Source: Octopus bimaculoides (lineage: Eukaryota). Taken from it: a stretch of DNA of 40,057 nucleotides. Shown here in pieces: positions 23,386 to 34,492 of the stretch (positions are counted from its first letter, which is position 1; every line of letters begins with the position of its first letter). Where the stretch lies: positions 31,913,846 through 31,953,902 of the forward strand of contig NC_069002.1 in the NCBI RefSeq assembly GCF_001194135.2, written 5' to 3'. The translations under genes were made by a program, and so were the position numbers. The notes beneath the pieces were generated by a model, which had not been told where the DNA came from, did not search any database, and saw only the letters and a program-made list of their open reading frames with translations.

Positions 23386-23814
23386 AAATTGACCAATCTG
23401 GCATTGTGAACATTGGTGACATCATTAATGTGATAAGGTTGATTTACTCTAAAAAAAGGGGAATAACCTCGAGTTATCTTCCCTTGCGCATAGTTAGCAC
23501 TAGGTGGCACTGAATGGCGTAGCTATAAAAGACAGTCATCTCCATGCTCAAATGAGTTGCATTTTTGCTTTATATAGATACACATGTTGACTCATGCGGA
23601 ACATTTCTTTTTTGGCTGATCTACATTTTCAAGTCCAGCATGGTAGCTGAAAATAGTTAACTAATTTCTTTGGGACTTGAAACTCTCTTGTTCTCACATT
23701 ACGCACCGGTGGCAGACAATACAAACGGTCGTTAGTTAAGTACTTTTCTTTGATTTATTTTAGTGTCAATTTGTTATGTTGACCTGAAGTCTGGCAACAC
23801 GCACTCAACAAATT

Positions 23815-24560
23815 CTTAGGTGAATTGCAACCAGCATTCAACTGAGCAAAAGTGAGCAGCTGAATTTAGAGAAGAGAGACTCATTAAGATGACCTAAGGT
23901 CTGGACATCCTGCAACTGCCAACACCTAAGAGAATATTGATCGTGTTTCCCACATGGTGATGGATGACAGGCAATCAGATATAAATCAAATTGCCAATGC
24001 TATTAGTATATCTCATGAAAGAGTTGAGAATACTCTGTACAATGCACTTGACATGACGAAGCTCACTGCTCAGTGGATGCCATGTCTTCTGACATTTGAT
24101 GAAAAGCATCATGGGAAAACCTGACATTGTTTCAGGCAGATCCAGCTGGTTTTCTTGAAGGTTTCCCCAAGACCAGATGAATGTTGGGTTCAACTTTGAG
24201 CTAGAAATAAAGAGACAATCTATGCGGTAGAAACACCACTCCTCACCTGCTCCAAAGAAGGCCAAGTGATGGCCTCAGTTTTTTTGGGATGCAAAAGGGA
24301 ATGTGTTTATTGACTATCTTCAAAAGGGCCACAACAATCAGTGGGGAGCACTATGTCAACTTGCTGAGGCAATTACGAAAGGCTATCAAGACCAAACAAC
24401 CAGGACAACTGACAAAAGGGGTCTGTTTTCATGAGGACACACAAATCCTTGGTTTCAATGGCTGGTGTGCACACTCCCTATTCTCCAAATTTGGACTCAT
24501 CTATCATCTGCTGCCCAACATGGAAAAACACTTGGCTGGGAACCAGTATCATAGCGATCT
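23815..24560 (+). mobile_element. Decayed mariner transposase
   Basis: Across frameshifts: AAEF, DD..SG.PAT, ISISHERVEN, FQADPAGFLE, SPAPKKA, MASVFWDAKG, HYVNLLRQLRKAIKTKQPGQLTKGVCFHED, PYSPNL, YHLLPNMEKHLAG. Confidence 0.9.
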
Positions 24561-24670
24561 ATCTGTCTGTCTATGCATGTTGAGTCTCATGGAGGCAATG
24601 ACAAATGATTGAGACTTCTGGTAATTTGCTATGCTTGAGAAGATAGATCAAGTTAAATGAAGTCCCCAGT

Positions 24671-24930
24671 CTCACAAGGCTTTGGTTGGCCTGAGGCTAT
24701 AGAAGACACTTGCCCAAGGTGCAATCCAGTGAGACTGAATGGTTTTGGGTTGTCATACTGCATGGGTAAGAACCTTCTATTATATCCTCAAGCTGACCAA
24801 AACCTTGTGAGTAGATTTGGTAGATAGAAACTAAAAGAAGCCCATCGTGTATAACAAATGTGTGTTTGTCCTAGTACCACTACTTGACAACTGGTGTTGG
24901 TGTGTTTATGCTCAGTGGTTTAGCAAAAAT
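24671..24930. mobile_element. Two oppositely oriented SINE family A fragments
   Basis: 24671-24740 minus (ctcacaaggctttgg...gagactgaa); 24790-24930 plus (ccttgtgagtagatttggtag). Confidence 0.65.
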
Positions 24931-25049
24931 GAGACGTGGCTAATCAGCAGGCCTGAAATATTCATCATCATCATCATTTAATGTCTGCTTTCCATGCTAG
25001 CATGGGTTGGACGATGATGAAGGGCCATCTTTACGGTGACCAGCCAAAT

Positions 25050-25200
25050 GGTAGCCAAATTAGTCGTCTTGTGGAACCCACAAGAGGAAAACATCATCAC
25101 ATTTACATGGACAAGTTGATTGCAGACACTGGCCTGGAATGTATCCAGCAGCTTAAGGAAGTGGAATGATGGACTGAGAAGTGTGGCAGGTGGACTTTGT
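25050..25200 (+). mobile_element. 3' end fragment of an RTE-like LINE ORF
   Basis: LVEPTRGK....YMDKLIADTGLE resembles the RTE-clade C-terminal motif WEP.HG.R..GRP..TYID.L..DTGL. Confidence 0.5.
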
Positions 25201-25604
25201 TGCTGTGACCTGGGTTAGAACCCAACCATAACAATAACTGCTGCTGAAAAAAATAATTGCAGAAAGAGATGTGAGCTCTACAAGCTCTAGCTAGGGCAAC
25301 CCATCTGGGGTTGAAGTAATTTAGAATGAAAACTGGAACTGTGTTGACAGATGTATTTCATCCTCCTCCTCCTCACCATCACCCTTGTCACATGCTAGAA
25401 ACAACGGCAAACTCTTCCTCAAACTGCACCCTACTGTCTTAAAAAAGAGGTAGTGAATGACATAACCCTAGATGCACAAAAAGACGATATGGTAATGACT
25501 GGCTTGTCTTTGATCATAAATGTACTCAATCAGGATAGACTCGTGGCTAAACAACAACAGAAAAATTGAAGACAGACAACAAAACAGGTTCAGTTATCAG
25601 GCTT

Positions 25605-25610
25605 TTTAAT
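25605..25610 (-). promoter_or_regulatory. Probable ferritin polyadenylation signal (ATTAAA)
   Basis: ATTAAA ~185 nt after the stop, followed on the minus strand by a GT/T-rich tract (cctgttttgttgtctgtcttc). Confidence 0.55.
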
Positions 25611-25795
25611 TCAATAAACCAAGGAATAGAATAGACGCTAAAATTAGGAAGCCATTTCTAAAACATCTAAGAAACTTGTAGAGGAACATTAGAAAAAAAA
25701 ATAAAAAAGAGAGACAGCAGGTTTGTTATTTCAATTCACGAAGAATTTCCTGCGAGTAGCTTTGCCTTGGTGCATTCTTGTAAGTAAAAGTGAGT

Positions 25796-25933
25796 TTAGC
25801 TTTCAAGGTGCCTGTCAAACATGTACTCGCCAAGACCACCGCCAACACGTTTCAGGTTGGTGATGTGGTCAGACAGAAGCTTGATGTCATCGACCTGTTC
25901 ACCGAGATATTCGCTTTCTATGAAGTCCATCAT
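25796..25933 (-). CDS. FTH1: Ferritin terminal coding exon: [45 protein letters not shown]
   Basis: Acceptor (ct)n-acag|ATG; 138 nt ending in TAA at 25798-25796; motifs [25 protein letters not shown]. Absent from the ORF track (45 aa). Confidence 0.97.
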   Translation of the reverse strand: MMDFIESEYLGEQVDDIKLLSDHITNLKRVGGGLGEYMFDRHLES

Positions 25934-26684
25934 CTGTAGAGAGAGAGAAAAAAAAAGAAAGAGGTTCATAAAAAAAGTCTAGAGAAATAAAGAGAGACAG
26001 ATCTACCATATTTGATGACATGTAAGACGTACTTTTCACTCCAAAGACATCTGCCTTCATAAGACTTTAATGAACTAAAAACGTTTCCCCCACCCTGAAC
26101 ATATACTGCTGAAATTGGAGTATCTTATATATGCTTGCATTGTTTATGCCATCAAGTATGGTCAGTTACAAGCTGCCACCCCAGAAATGACCATCTTGTC
26201 TCTTCAGAGTATGTAGGCAACAAATATCCTATTTGGCCTCTTGAAAACAAGAAAGGCGCAATTCTTGTTTCTGCCAACTAAATTTCTTTCACAAGCCACT
26301 AGTCAACTTGCATCTATAGAAGAAGGCTCTGGCTAACAGTGTGCATATATTAGGGGCAGAACCCAAACCACATGGCCATGCCTGTGTCATTGAGTGCACG
26401 TGTTTGCCTACACACACACATCCCAAATGCGTACGTATACAGCTTTCATTGAAAAACAAAAACAAACCCCCTTCCTTGTGATTTTAGTTTTGCCCCTAGT
26501 TAAAAACACTTGCCACAGCCATAAATACAGTGAACTAGTAATGGACCCAATGCCAACTAGTAACCAACAACTGTCCAGAATATGACCTTGTAAACAATTC
26601 CAGAAAGGGGAGATAAAGCAGTGTTCCATGAAGGGAGACAACCCCTTGTTCATGTATTATTCGTTTCCCAAGAGCTTCATAAGA

Positions 26685-26810
26685 TTCTTTTATTGGTTTC
26701 AGTCATTTGACTGTGGCCATGCTGGAGCACCGCTTTTAGTCGAGCAAATCGACCCCCAGGACTTATTTTATCGGTCTCTCTTGCCGAACCGCTAAGTGAC
26801 GGGGATGTAA
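26685..26810 (-). mobile_element. SINE family A 3' part in a ferritin intron
   Basis: tttcagtcatttgactgtggccatgctggagcaccgc...gaaccgctaagtgac. Confidence 0.75.
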
Positions 26811-27120
26811 AATTTAAATGGTTGAAGAGCTAGACAAGTATGAGTTACGAAAGATAGCAGTGTTTCTTGCCCGCATGGAAAAGTGGAAACTAAAAACAAG
26901 ATACACCTGCACAGGCATGTACAACACACATCCTTTTGAATATGTGCCGGTTCCATTAAAACTTTATTGAAAGAGCGAGAGAGAGATGNNNNNNNNNNNN
27001 NNNNNNNNNNNNNNNNNNNNNNNNNNNNNNNNNNNNNNNNNNNNNNNNNNNNNNNNNNNNNNNNNNNGGGGGGGGGGGAGGATATATTTTCTGTGTTGCA
27101 AGTAAGATAAAAAGAATTAC

Positions 27121-27246
27121 CTGGGCGTCGTTATGACTGTCAGCAATCTTGTGCAGTTCCAGAAGGGATGCGTTGACCTTCTTTTCCAGAGCAAGAGCTG
27201 CCTCCATGGCGTCCAGAGCTGTTCCCCAATCATCATGATCAGGTTT
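27121..27246 (-). CDS. FTH1: Ferritin exon 3: [42 protein letters not shown]
   Basis: 126 nt, phase 0/0; acceptor ttctcag|AAA, donor CAG|gtaatt; motif [13 protein letters not shown] carries the ferroxidase Glu (human H E107). Confidence 0.97.
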
Positions 27247-27448
27247 CTGAGAAAAAATAATTAGAGCAACAAAAACTTCATTAATTTTGACAGTGCTAGG
27301 GTTAGGAAAAAAAAAAAACCCCTACCACTCCACTCTCCCACCCCCATTTCTACCACTTATTACCCACAGGTCCTCATGTAGTAGTCAGGAGTAGCAATAT
27401 TGTATTAAAAAAAAGGTATATCGTATATAACCTTTAAATATGGTACAT

Positions 27449-27677
27449 TTAATCCATTGGCATGTAAACTGACCAGACCTGGCCCAAGATAAAATTACCT
27501 GTTGTATGTTCCAACCAAATCTGGCCTCTTACACTTACCCAACAATGTCATTCTAGATAAAAATATAGTCACGCCATTGAAATCTCAAAGCCACAAAATA
27601 ATGAAGGATTAACTCCAAACCAATGTGAATAGATAAGGATTACATTTGACAGAACAATCTGAATGTTAAAGGGTTAA
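27449..27677. mobile_element. TTAA-flanked piggyBac-like MITE in a ferritin intron
   Basis: ttaa-tccattggcat ... aatgttaaaggg-ttaa; related copies near 19770-19980 and 37809-38028. Confidence 0.6.
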
Positions 27678-27889
27678 TCTTTATTTACATGATTTGCCTT
27701 GGTACTGAATGTTGACTTAGTATAGACCAAATGATGGACTTCTTAACCACAAAGAATCAAACCGTATGCAATGTTGACTTCAAATATGGCATTATTGTCG
27801 CAATGGTTAGCCCTTGTGAAATCGTTTCAGTCTATTTATTTCAAGCTGTATCAGTAAGGCACTCAAAACAGAAAGTGAAGAAAAACCGA

Positions 27890-28090
27890 TATGGAGGCAT
27901 GGTTAAGAAGCTTGCTTGGAAACACAGGTTCAGTCCTGCTCCGCAGCACTTTGAGCAAATGTCTTCTACTGGAAGCCCTGGGCTGACCAAAGCCTTGCAA
28001 GTAGTTTTGGTGGATGGAAACTGAAATAAGCCTATCATATACACACATACATGTGTGTCTGTATCTTTGTCTTGACATCAAGTGATGGTT
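27890..28090 (+). mobile_element. SINE family A 5' half in a ferritin intron
   Basis: gcatggttaagaagcttgc...ggttcagtcc...ggatggaaactgaa. Confidence 0.7.
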
Positions 28091-28239
28091 GTAAATGAGC
28101 ATCAGTGCCATACAAGTGGGGTTGTTAGGAAACAGATAGATGAGTGTTGGTGACAGGTAGAGCATCCAGCCATAGAAAATCTACCATCTGAGCTATGGAA
28201 GCATGAAAAAGCAGACATTAAATTATTATTATTACTAAC

Positions 28240-28386
28240 CTCAACTTGCTTCAGAAGGATTCTTCCACCCCTCTTGTTTTGGTATTTCATGAACTTCTCA
28301 GCGTGTTCTTTCTCTTCTTCAGATCTCTTCTGAAAGAATTTGTACAACCCTTTCAGGGCGACATCATCGCGGTCAAAATAAAATGC
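28240..28386 (-). CDS. FTH1: Ferritin (H-type/soma-like), internal exon equivalent to vertebrate ferritin H exon 2: [49 protein letters not shown]
   Basis: 147 nt, phase 0/0; acceptor ttttcag|GCA, donor GAG|gttagt; ferritin motifs [26 protein letters not shown]. Symbol given by analogy to the vertebrate H chain. Confidence 0.97.
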
Positions 28387-28539
28387 CTGAAAAGTTAAAG
28401 AAACAAATATTAAATTAATCAAATGGAGATTCCTTTTACGTATTTCAACACAATTATCTTCAACTCTTATGGTGCCAACCTGCCTAAAACCAAACCTGAG
28501 AATTCAAAGTGGTTGTGTTTAGATTTTAAAATTCAGTTA

Positions 28540-29147
28540 CCAAAGAACAGAATACATGCTAAAAATAGGAAGCCATTTCTAAAACTTATAAGAATCTTGT
28601 AGAGGAACATTAAAAAAAGATAGCAGATTTATTACTTAAATTCAAAGAATTGTGTAGCTTTCCCTTGGTGCATTCTTGTAAGTAAAAGTGAGTTTAGCTT
28701 TCATGGTGCCTGTCAAACAAATACTGTAAATCGAGTATAATCCGCACTTTTCCCCCCAAAATTTAAAGGTCAAAATTTTCAGTGCATACTATATACGAGG
28801 TTAAAAATGAAAAATATTTTCTAAGTGATAAATAAAGGCAATTTACTTAATATTCATTTTTCACTGACGTTATTACTGTTATTTCTTTATTTTCTGCAAA
28901 CAAACTGCACAAAAAAGCTACACGTTTGCATTATGTTATATATACAATAATAATAAAGGACGTTACTGTATATATGTTTACAAACCAAAGACGTTATATA
29001 GACCTCCTTGACTCAAGTTAGAGAAGGGGTGCGTATTTATACACAAGGTTTAGGTTTTTCAGAGGTACAGCCCTCTAAAAAACCCCTGCGTATTATACTC
29101 GAGGATTTACGGTACTCACCAAGATCACCGCCAACACGTTACAAGTT
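28540..29147 (-). pseudogene. Decayed partial duplicate of the ferritin last exon and 3'UTR, split by a TA-flanked MITE
   Basis: 28540-28723 aligns to ~25619-25825 (e.g. ccttggtgcattcttgtaagtaaaagtgagtttagctttca); 29113-29147 resumes the match. Joined it reads NL*RVGGDLGEYLFDRHHES*, with AAA>TAA nonsense. Confidence 0.9.
28724..29112. mobile_element. Non-autonomous Tc1/mariner-pogo-type MITE (389 bp)
   Basis: TA duplication on both sides (28722-23, 29113-14); TIRs ctgtaaat-cgagtataat / attatactcgaggatttacgg; empty site reconstructable from the ferritin sequence. Confidence 0.85.
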
Positions 29148-29275
29148 CAATCTCACTGCATGGTACCTTGGCTAAGGGTCTATGCATCCTCTACTATAGC
29201 TTTGGGGCAACCCTAGCCTTTAAATAGATTTGGTAGAGAGAAACTGAAAAAAAGTCCATTGTGTATAGCTGTGTG
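29145..29275 (+). mobile_element. Degenerate SINE family A fragment that truncates the ferritin duplicate
   Basis: gttcaatctcactgcatggtaccttgg...agatttggtagagagaaactgaa. Confidence 0.6.
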
Positions 29276-29435
29276 TGTGTGTGTTGCTTGTATGAATCAA
29301 GAATGGTCTCAGTTGGATTGGTATCAAAAAGGTTAAACATGGCTTCACCTAGTTTGAATTCCATTGTTCATAATGAATGGTAACAGAGTACAGACTGTTC
29401 AATTAGTCTTCTATGTTCAGGGATCGAAATGTTGC

Positions 29436-29488
<53 letters not shown>

Positions 29489-29797
29489 ATCTATCCATCA
29501 TCATTTACAACGAACAAGATGAGGACAAATGTCCGTCAAATGTTCTGGGTGTAGTGCTTTGTCCATTAGGAGAGTAGGTTGTAGTAATTCTGGTTATCGA
29601 ACTGGTGAGATTATTGACTACAGACGAATGGAAGCGATTGGCCGTAAACAGGCTTTACTCTTCTAAGTGCAAGGGTATGGTATCTGTTATTAGTTATTGT
29701 AGTCGTGAATCTTACTGACCAGGAGTCAGCCATGTCTAAGTCGGATTCCAAAGCCTCGTTTTTTAACTGGCTGGCAAGACGATGGACATAACTGAGT

Positions 29798-29937
29798 AGT
29801 AATAATCCTAAGCACAAGGCCTGAAATTTTGGGAGGAGGGGATGAGCCGATTACATCAACCCCTGAAAGGATGAAAAGCACAAAGTCAACCATGGCGTAA
29901 TTTGTCCAGCGTCCTAACGATTCTGCAAGTTTGCCGC

Positions 29938-29970
<33 letters not shown>

Positions 29971-30396
29971 CTTTTCTACTCTAGGCACAAGGCTCGAAAT
30001 TTTGGGGGAGGGGCCAGTCGATTTGATCGACCCCAGTAAGCAAATGGTACTTAATTTATCGACCTTGAAAGGATGAAAGGCAAAGTCAACCTTGGCAGAA
30101 TTTGAATGTAGCGATGGGCGAAATATCACCAACCATTTTGTCCAGCGTGCTAATAATTCTGCCAATTTGCGGCCTTAATAATAATAATAATAATCCTTTC
30201 TATGGTAGGCACAAAGCCTTAAGGGATTAGTCAATTACATCAACCCCAGTGTTTCAGTGATATTTAATTTATCGACCCCAAAAGGATGAAAGGCAAAGTC
30301 GACCTCAGCAGAATTTGAACTCAGGACGTAGCGACAGGCGAAATACCGCTAAGCATTTCCTCCAGTGTGCCAACGGCTTTGCCAGTTCGCCGTCTT
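29798..30396 (-). mobile_element. Three head-to-tail copies of SINE family C separated by (AAT)n
   Basis: About 29798-29937, 29971-30176 and 30195-30396, each with aaaggatgaaa(g)gca.aaagtc.ac; minus-strand head aag.cggc.a..tggca; B-box-like gagttcaaattc in the most intact copy. Confidence 0.85.
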
Positions 30397-31009
30397 AATG
30401 ACAATAATAATAATAGTAATTATTACGATAAACGAGAGCAGAAGATTCTAACAGTACAGAGAATCGTTAAGACACAACTAGACTGATATCACAACCCTTT
30501 AATTACCAGAGAAGTTCAATTTGGTAGCAGGGCTATATAATTATATACCTAACTTCTATACAATTCATTCATATATACTCCAGTTTCTCCCTCCCCATGC
30601 ACCACTCTTGCATGTTAAAATAGGGTGAGACATAAATCTGTGGTTGAATGGCTATCAGAACTTTCAAAGTAACAAAGAATAAACATGATTAATGTGTAAC
30701 AGATATGCAAACCATTGTATGAAGGTAAAGTACAACAGGAGTGTATATAGACAATACTATAGTGTCTACCGTATAGGTCAACACACCTAACATTAATAAT
30801 GAGAACGGAGATTTTTCACTTTCATAAATTTTATTTAAAACTGTTATATAAAATTTATGGATGTGAAAAATCTCCATTCTCCTTACTATTAATGTTATTA
30901 ATTATTTGATGGAACATATGCAGCCCTGAACAAGACATAGGGAATTACCCAACTAGAGAAGTTACCAGAGCCCAACAACTCATTGTTAGCTCGAGTACTA
31001 CATATGGAC

Positions 31010-31310
31010 TGTTGTGGTTTTGGGTTCAGTCCTGCTATGTGGCACATTGGCCAAGTGCCCTCTACTATATCGTTGGGCTGACCAAATACTTCAGTGGATT
31101 TGGTAGAAGGGAACTGAAAGAAGCCTGTCGTTATGAGTGCATGCATGCGTGTTTATATTTGTCCCTGTAACATAGTGGTTCAGCAGAAAGGAACTGATAG
31201 AATAAGCATTAGGTTAAAAAAACCCCCCCCAAAAAAAACCCAGGGCCAATTTATTTTCATTTAAAAACCTTTAAGGCGATGCTCCAGCATGGCCTCAATC
31301 CAATGACTTA
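31010..31310 (+). mobile_element. Degenerate SINE family A
   Basis: gggttcagtcc...ggatttggtagaagggaactgaaagaagcc...gctccagcatggcc. Confidence 0.7.
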
Positions 31311-31404
31311 TACAAGGTAAAAAAAAAAAAACCCTCTATAAATACACACACACATACACTAGGTAATGGAGTTCATAAATGTTTTCCCTTCATTAATTTA
31401 TACA

Positions 31405-31446
<42 letters not shown>

Positions 31447-31449
<3 letters not shown>

Positions 31450-31790
31450 CCCAGCAAATAAAGTGAGTTCATGGCTGTATCCTACACCAGCCCCAGCACA
31501 TTCAAAAGTATCCGATGCCAGAGTGGCCTTGACTGGCTTCTGTGCCGGTGGCATGTAAAAAGCACCAACCGATCGTGGTCGGTGCCAGCCTCCTTTGGCC
31601 CGTGCCGGTGTCACGTAAAAAGCACCCACTACACTCATGGAGTGGTTGGTGTTAGGAAGGGCATCCAGCTGTAGAAACTCTGCCAAATCAGACTGGAGAG
31701 TGGTGCAGCTTCCTGGCTTCCCAGACCCCAGTCAAACCTTCCAACCCATGCTAGCATGGAAAACGGACGTTAAATGATGATGATGATGAT
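31447..31790 (+). mobile_element. Family B copy with two internal modules
   Basis: gtgccggtggcatgtaaaaagcacc and gtgccggtgtcacgtaaaaagcacccac, core, (GAT)n tail. Confidence 0.8.
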
Positions 31791-32230
31791 ATGTATATAT
31801 GTGTGTGTAAAGCACTAAAAACAAAGACAGTAGATCATAAGTGGATAATATATAGACATGTGGAGTCATATTCTATGTATTTAACGTCTGAAAACGGATA
31901 TTTCAAATGATATTTTATACGTATTTTGCTTTGTAAATCTTGAGTTGCTAAACAACAAAGAATCTTGCGAATTCATTCTTTGCTTCAGGCTGCCAACAAG
32001 GCCTTAAAGTCATCAACACTCACAGCTATACAAAGCCGTATTTGTATGTCGTTTTACTGCTCGCCCACCCCCCCAACTTAAGTGTCTATGTTCTGTTCCA
32101 ACAAACTACATAGTGATGGTGATTTATGGTAACTACTGCAGTTGAGTTTGTTTAAACATAAAATCTATATTCAAGTGGGGATAAATATTACCTCCTGATA
32201 TTAATACCGTCTCTGTTACTAATATATACA

Positions 32231-32697
32231 CCATATTTTAATGCAGGGGTTTTCAAACTTTTTGACTTGACCCCTTTATATTTCAGGCTTTACCTTAGGG
32301 ACCCCTTTATAAACGCTTATGAAATTTATACATAAATATTTGCTTAAAATAACATATATAGTTTTACATTTGTTTATTTAACAGTATTTAACAAATAGGT
32401 TTATTGTCAATTAAAAGATTTCGATTAAAAAACATATACAAAATCAAATTGCCCATAAAAAGTATTTGCTGTCTACAGACTCCGTCTTGTCCTTGCGGAC
32501 CCCCTGAGGTCCGCGGACCACAGTTTGAAAACCCCTGTTTTAACGTGTATAAGGAACCTTTTTTTTGGTCAAAAATTAGGTTAAAAAAGTATGGGAGTTT
32601 CTTATACATGGATAGTATTATAGACCCTTACAAAACCATTTTGTCCAAATTTTAAGCCCTCAAAATTAGGGGGTTCCTTATACACGTTAAAATACAG
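32231..32697. mobile_element. Tc1/pogo-type MITE whose left TIR is interrupted by the hAT MITE
   Basis: Reconstituted left TIR ccatattttaacgtgtataaggaacc matches right TIR rc ctgtattttaacgtgtataaggaacc; TA at 32698-99. Confidence 0.75.
32244..32537. mobile_element. hAT-type MITE (294 bp)
   Basis: TIRs caggggttttcaaact / agtttgaaaacccctg; 8-bp target duplication ttttaatg / ttttaacg. Confidence 0.85.
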
Positions 32698-34492
32698 TAT
32701 TTGTTAACAAGCTCACTGGCTAATTGCAACACCAGCACCTGTTCTGGCACTGAATCTACAGGAATTCCGCGCCATATTGTGGTTTATTATTTAAGCTTAT
32801 GTCGATTCCTTTGATGTGTTATTTTGNNNNNNNNNNNNNNNNNNNNNNNNNNNNNNNNNNNNNNNNNNNNNNNNNNNNNNNNNNNNNNNNNNNNNNNNNN
32901 NNNNNNNNNNNNNNNNNNNNNNNNNNNNNNNNNNNNNNNNNNNNNNNNNNNNNNNNNNNNNNNNNNNNNNNNNNNNNNNNNNNNNNNNNNNNNNNNNNNN
33001 NNNNNNNNNNNNNNNNNNNNNNNNNNNNNNNNNNNNNNNNNNNNNNNNNNNNNNNNNNNNNNNNNNNNNNNNNNNNNNNNNNNNNNNNNNNNNNNNAAAA
33101 AAAAAAAAAAAAACATACAATACTGTTTCTACTTTGCGGATTTTCACCTATTGTGGGAGGGTGGGTTGGTTTGGAACATAATATCCGTAATAGATGAGGG
33201 ATTGCTGTGTATGTCACTGGCAGGGACAGGAATTGCTGCTATCTCTAGCAGTCAAGTATCCATCATTGATAAGATCAAGGAAGGTTGAAATCATGTGATC
33301 TGGTGGTCTTAGTGCTGAAGATGGCAAGGAAGGTGGGGGCTTAATATCTCTCTGCTAGTAATATAAAAAAAGAGCGCATTTTGCACCAACAGCCAATGAG
33401 TTTCATGGTAAAAACTACTGCAGAATATCTGTGTTTAAGTGGGGATAAATATTAATCTCTTGGTATTAATACTGCCTTTGTCATCTAATAAATGTGAAAA
33501 CTTAATTCCTGTGTGTCACACTTAGACCCCCCCCTCTCTCACTATTCAATGACACACCTACTATTCCTCATGATGGGGGCAAAAGTAATAGTTGGCATAG
33601 AGACCGTGAGAGTGGTGGCGAAGATAGAGGGAGGGAGGGAGAGAGAGAGAGAAAAAAAGAAATTTATGGATAGTTGATGTTTTATTAAAAGTAGTAGTGT
33701 TGATGGTGGCAGTGAGAGTAATAATAAAAGAGAGAGAAAGAGGGAGATGATGTACAACTTTCTTTAACTATGCCTCTTTGACAGAAATTCTTTTTTCATT
33801 ATTTTCCCCATCCCCCAGTAACTATACAATGGTAAAAAACATTCCAAATTGAAAAGAAACCCCCTNNNNNNNNNNTAACTATACAATGGTAAAAAACATT
33901 CCAAATTGAAAAGAAACCCCCTCTCTCTCTGTCTGTCTATCTATCTCTATGGTGGTGGTGCTGGTAGCTGGGGTAGTCGGGGACGATGGTGATAGCAAGT
34001 GGAAGACAGTGAAGGTGGCTAAGTTGAAGGTATTGATGGTGGTGGCGTCAGAGAGAAAGGTTAGACAAAAAAAAAAAAAAAAGTACTGACCCCCTGAATG
34101 GGAAGACATTGTTCATTGCTTAGAAAATATTGGTCAAGCATAATAAAATTTAATATGTACCCAATGCATGAAGTGTCATTGTTGGGCCCAAGGCCCAATG
34201 AAGATCCCTCCATAGAAGCTAGAAGCTATATGTTTTTTAACAGGCTCACTTTTCCATGCTTGTAATGGTCAAATGGAATTTACTGAGGTATATTTTCTCT
34301 GGCCACATGCAGTTCCCATTGCCGACGTTTCCTTGTTTCCTAGCAAGATAATATTCCCCTCCACCCCTGGCTAGACATATTTGTATGCAGGATTGAGAAC
34401 GAATTACACCAGTTGTATGACGGTGACATTTGTTTACAACTATCAAGTGCTGTCAAGATGTGGAGAGACAAACACACACACATATTTCTAAT

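Noticed and set aside
26184-26207. Hammerhead-like CTGAAGA-GAC-loop-GTC on the minus strand
   Set aside because: Followed by ATTTC rather than GAAAC, so the core is incomplete.
29500-29800. Candidate ferritin exon 1 with a gtaag donor
   Set aside because: None of the three minus-strand frames resembles the ferritin N-terminus.
32738-32764. IRE-like hairpin TTCCTG-TAGATT-CAGTGC-CAGAA-CAGG upstream of ferritin
   Set aside because: The five bases flanking the CAGUGC loop do not pair and there is no bulged C; not a canonical IRE.
33819-33922. 47-bp direct repeat around a 10-N gap
   Set aside because: Same assembly artefact.
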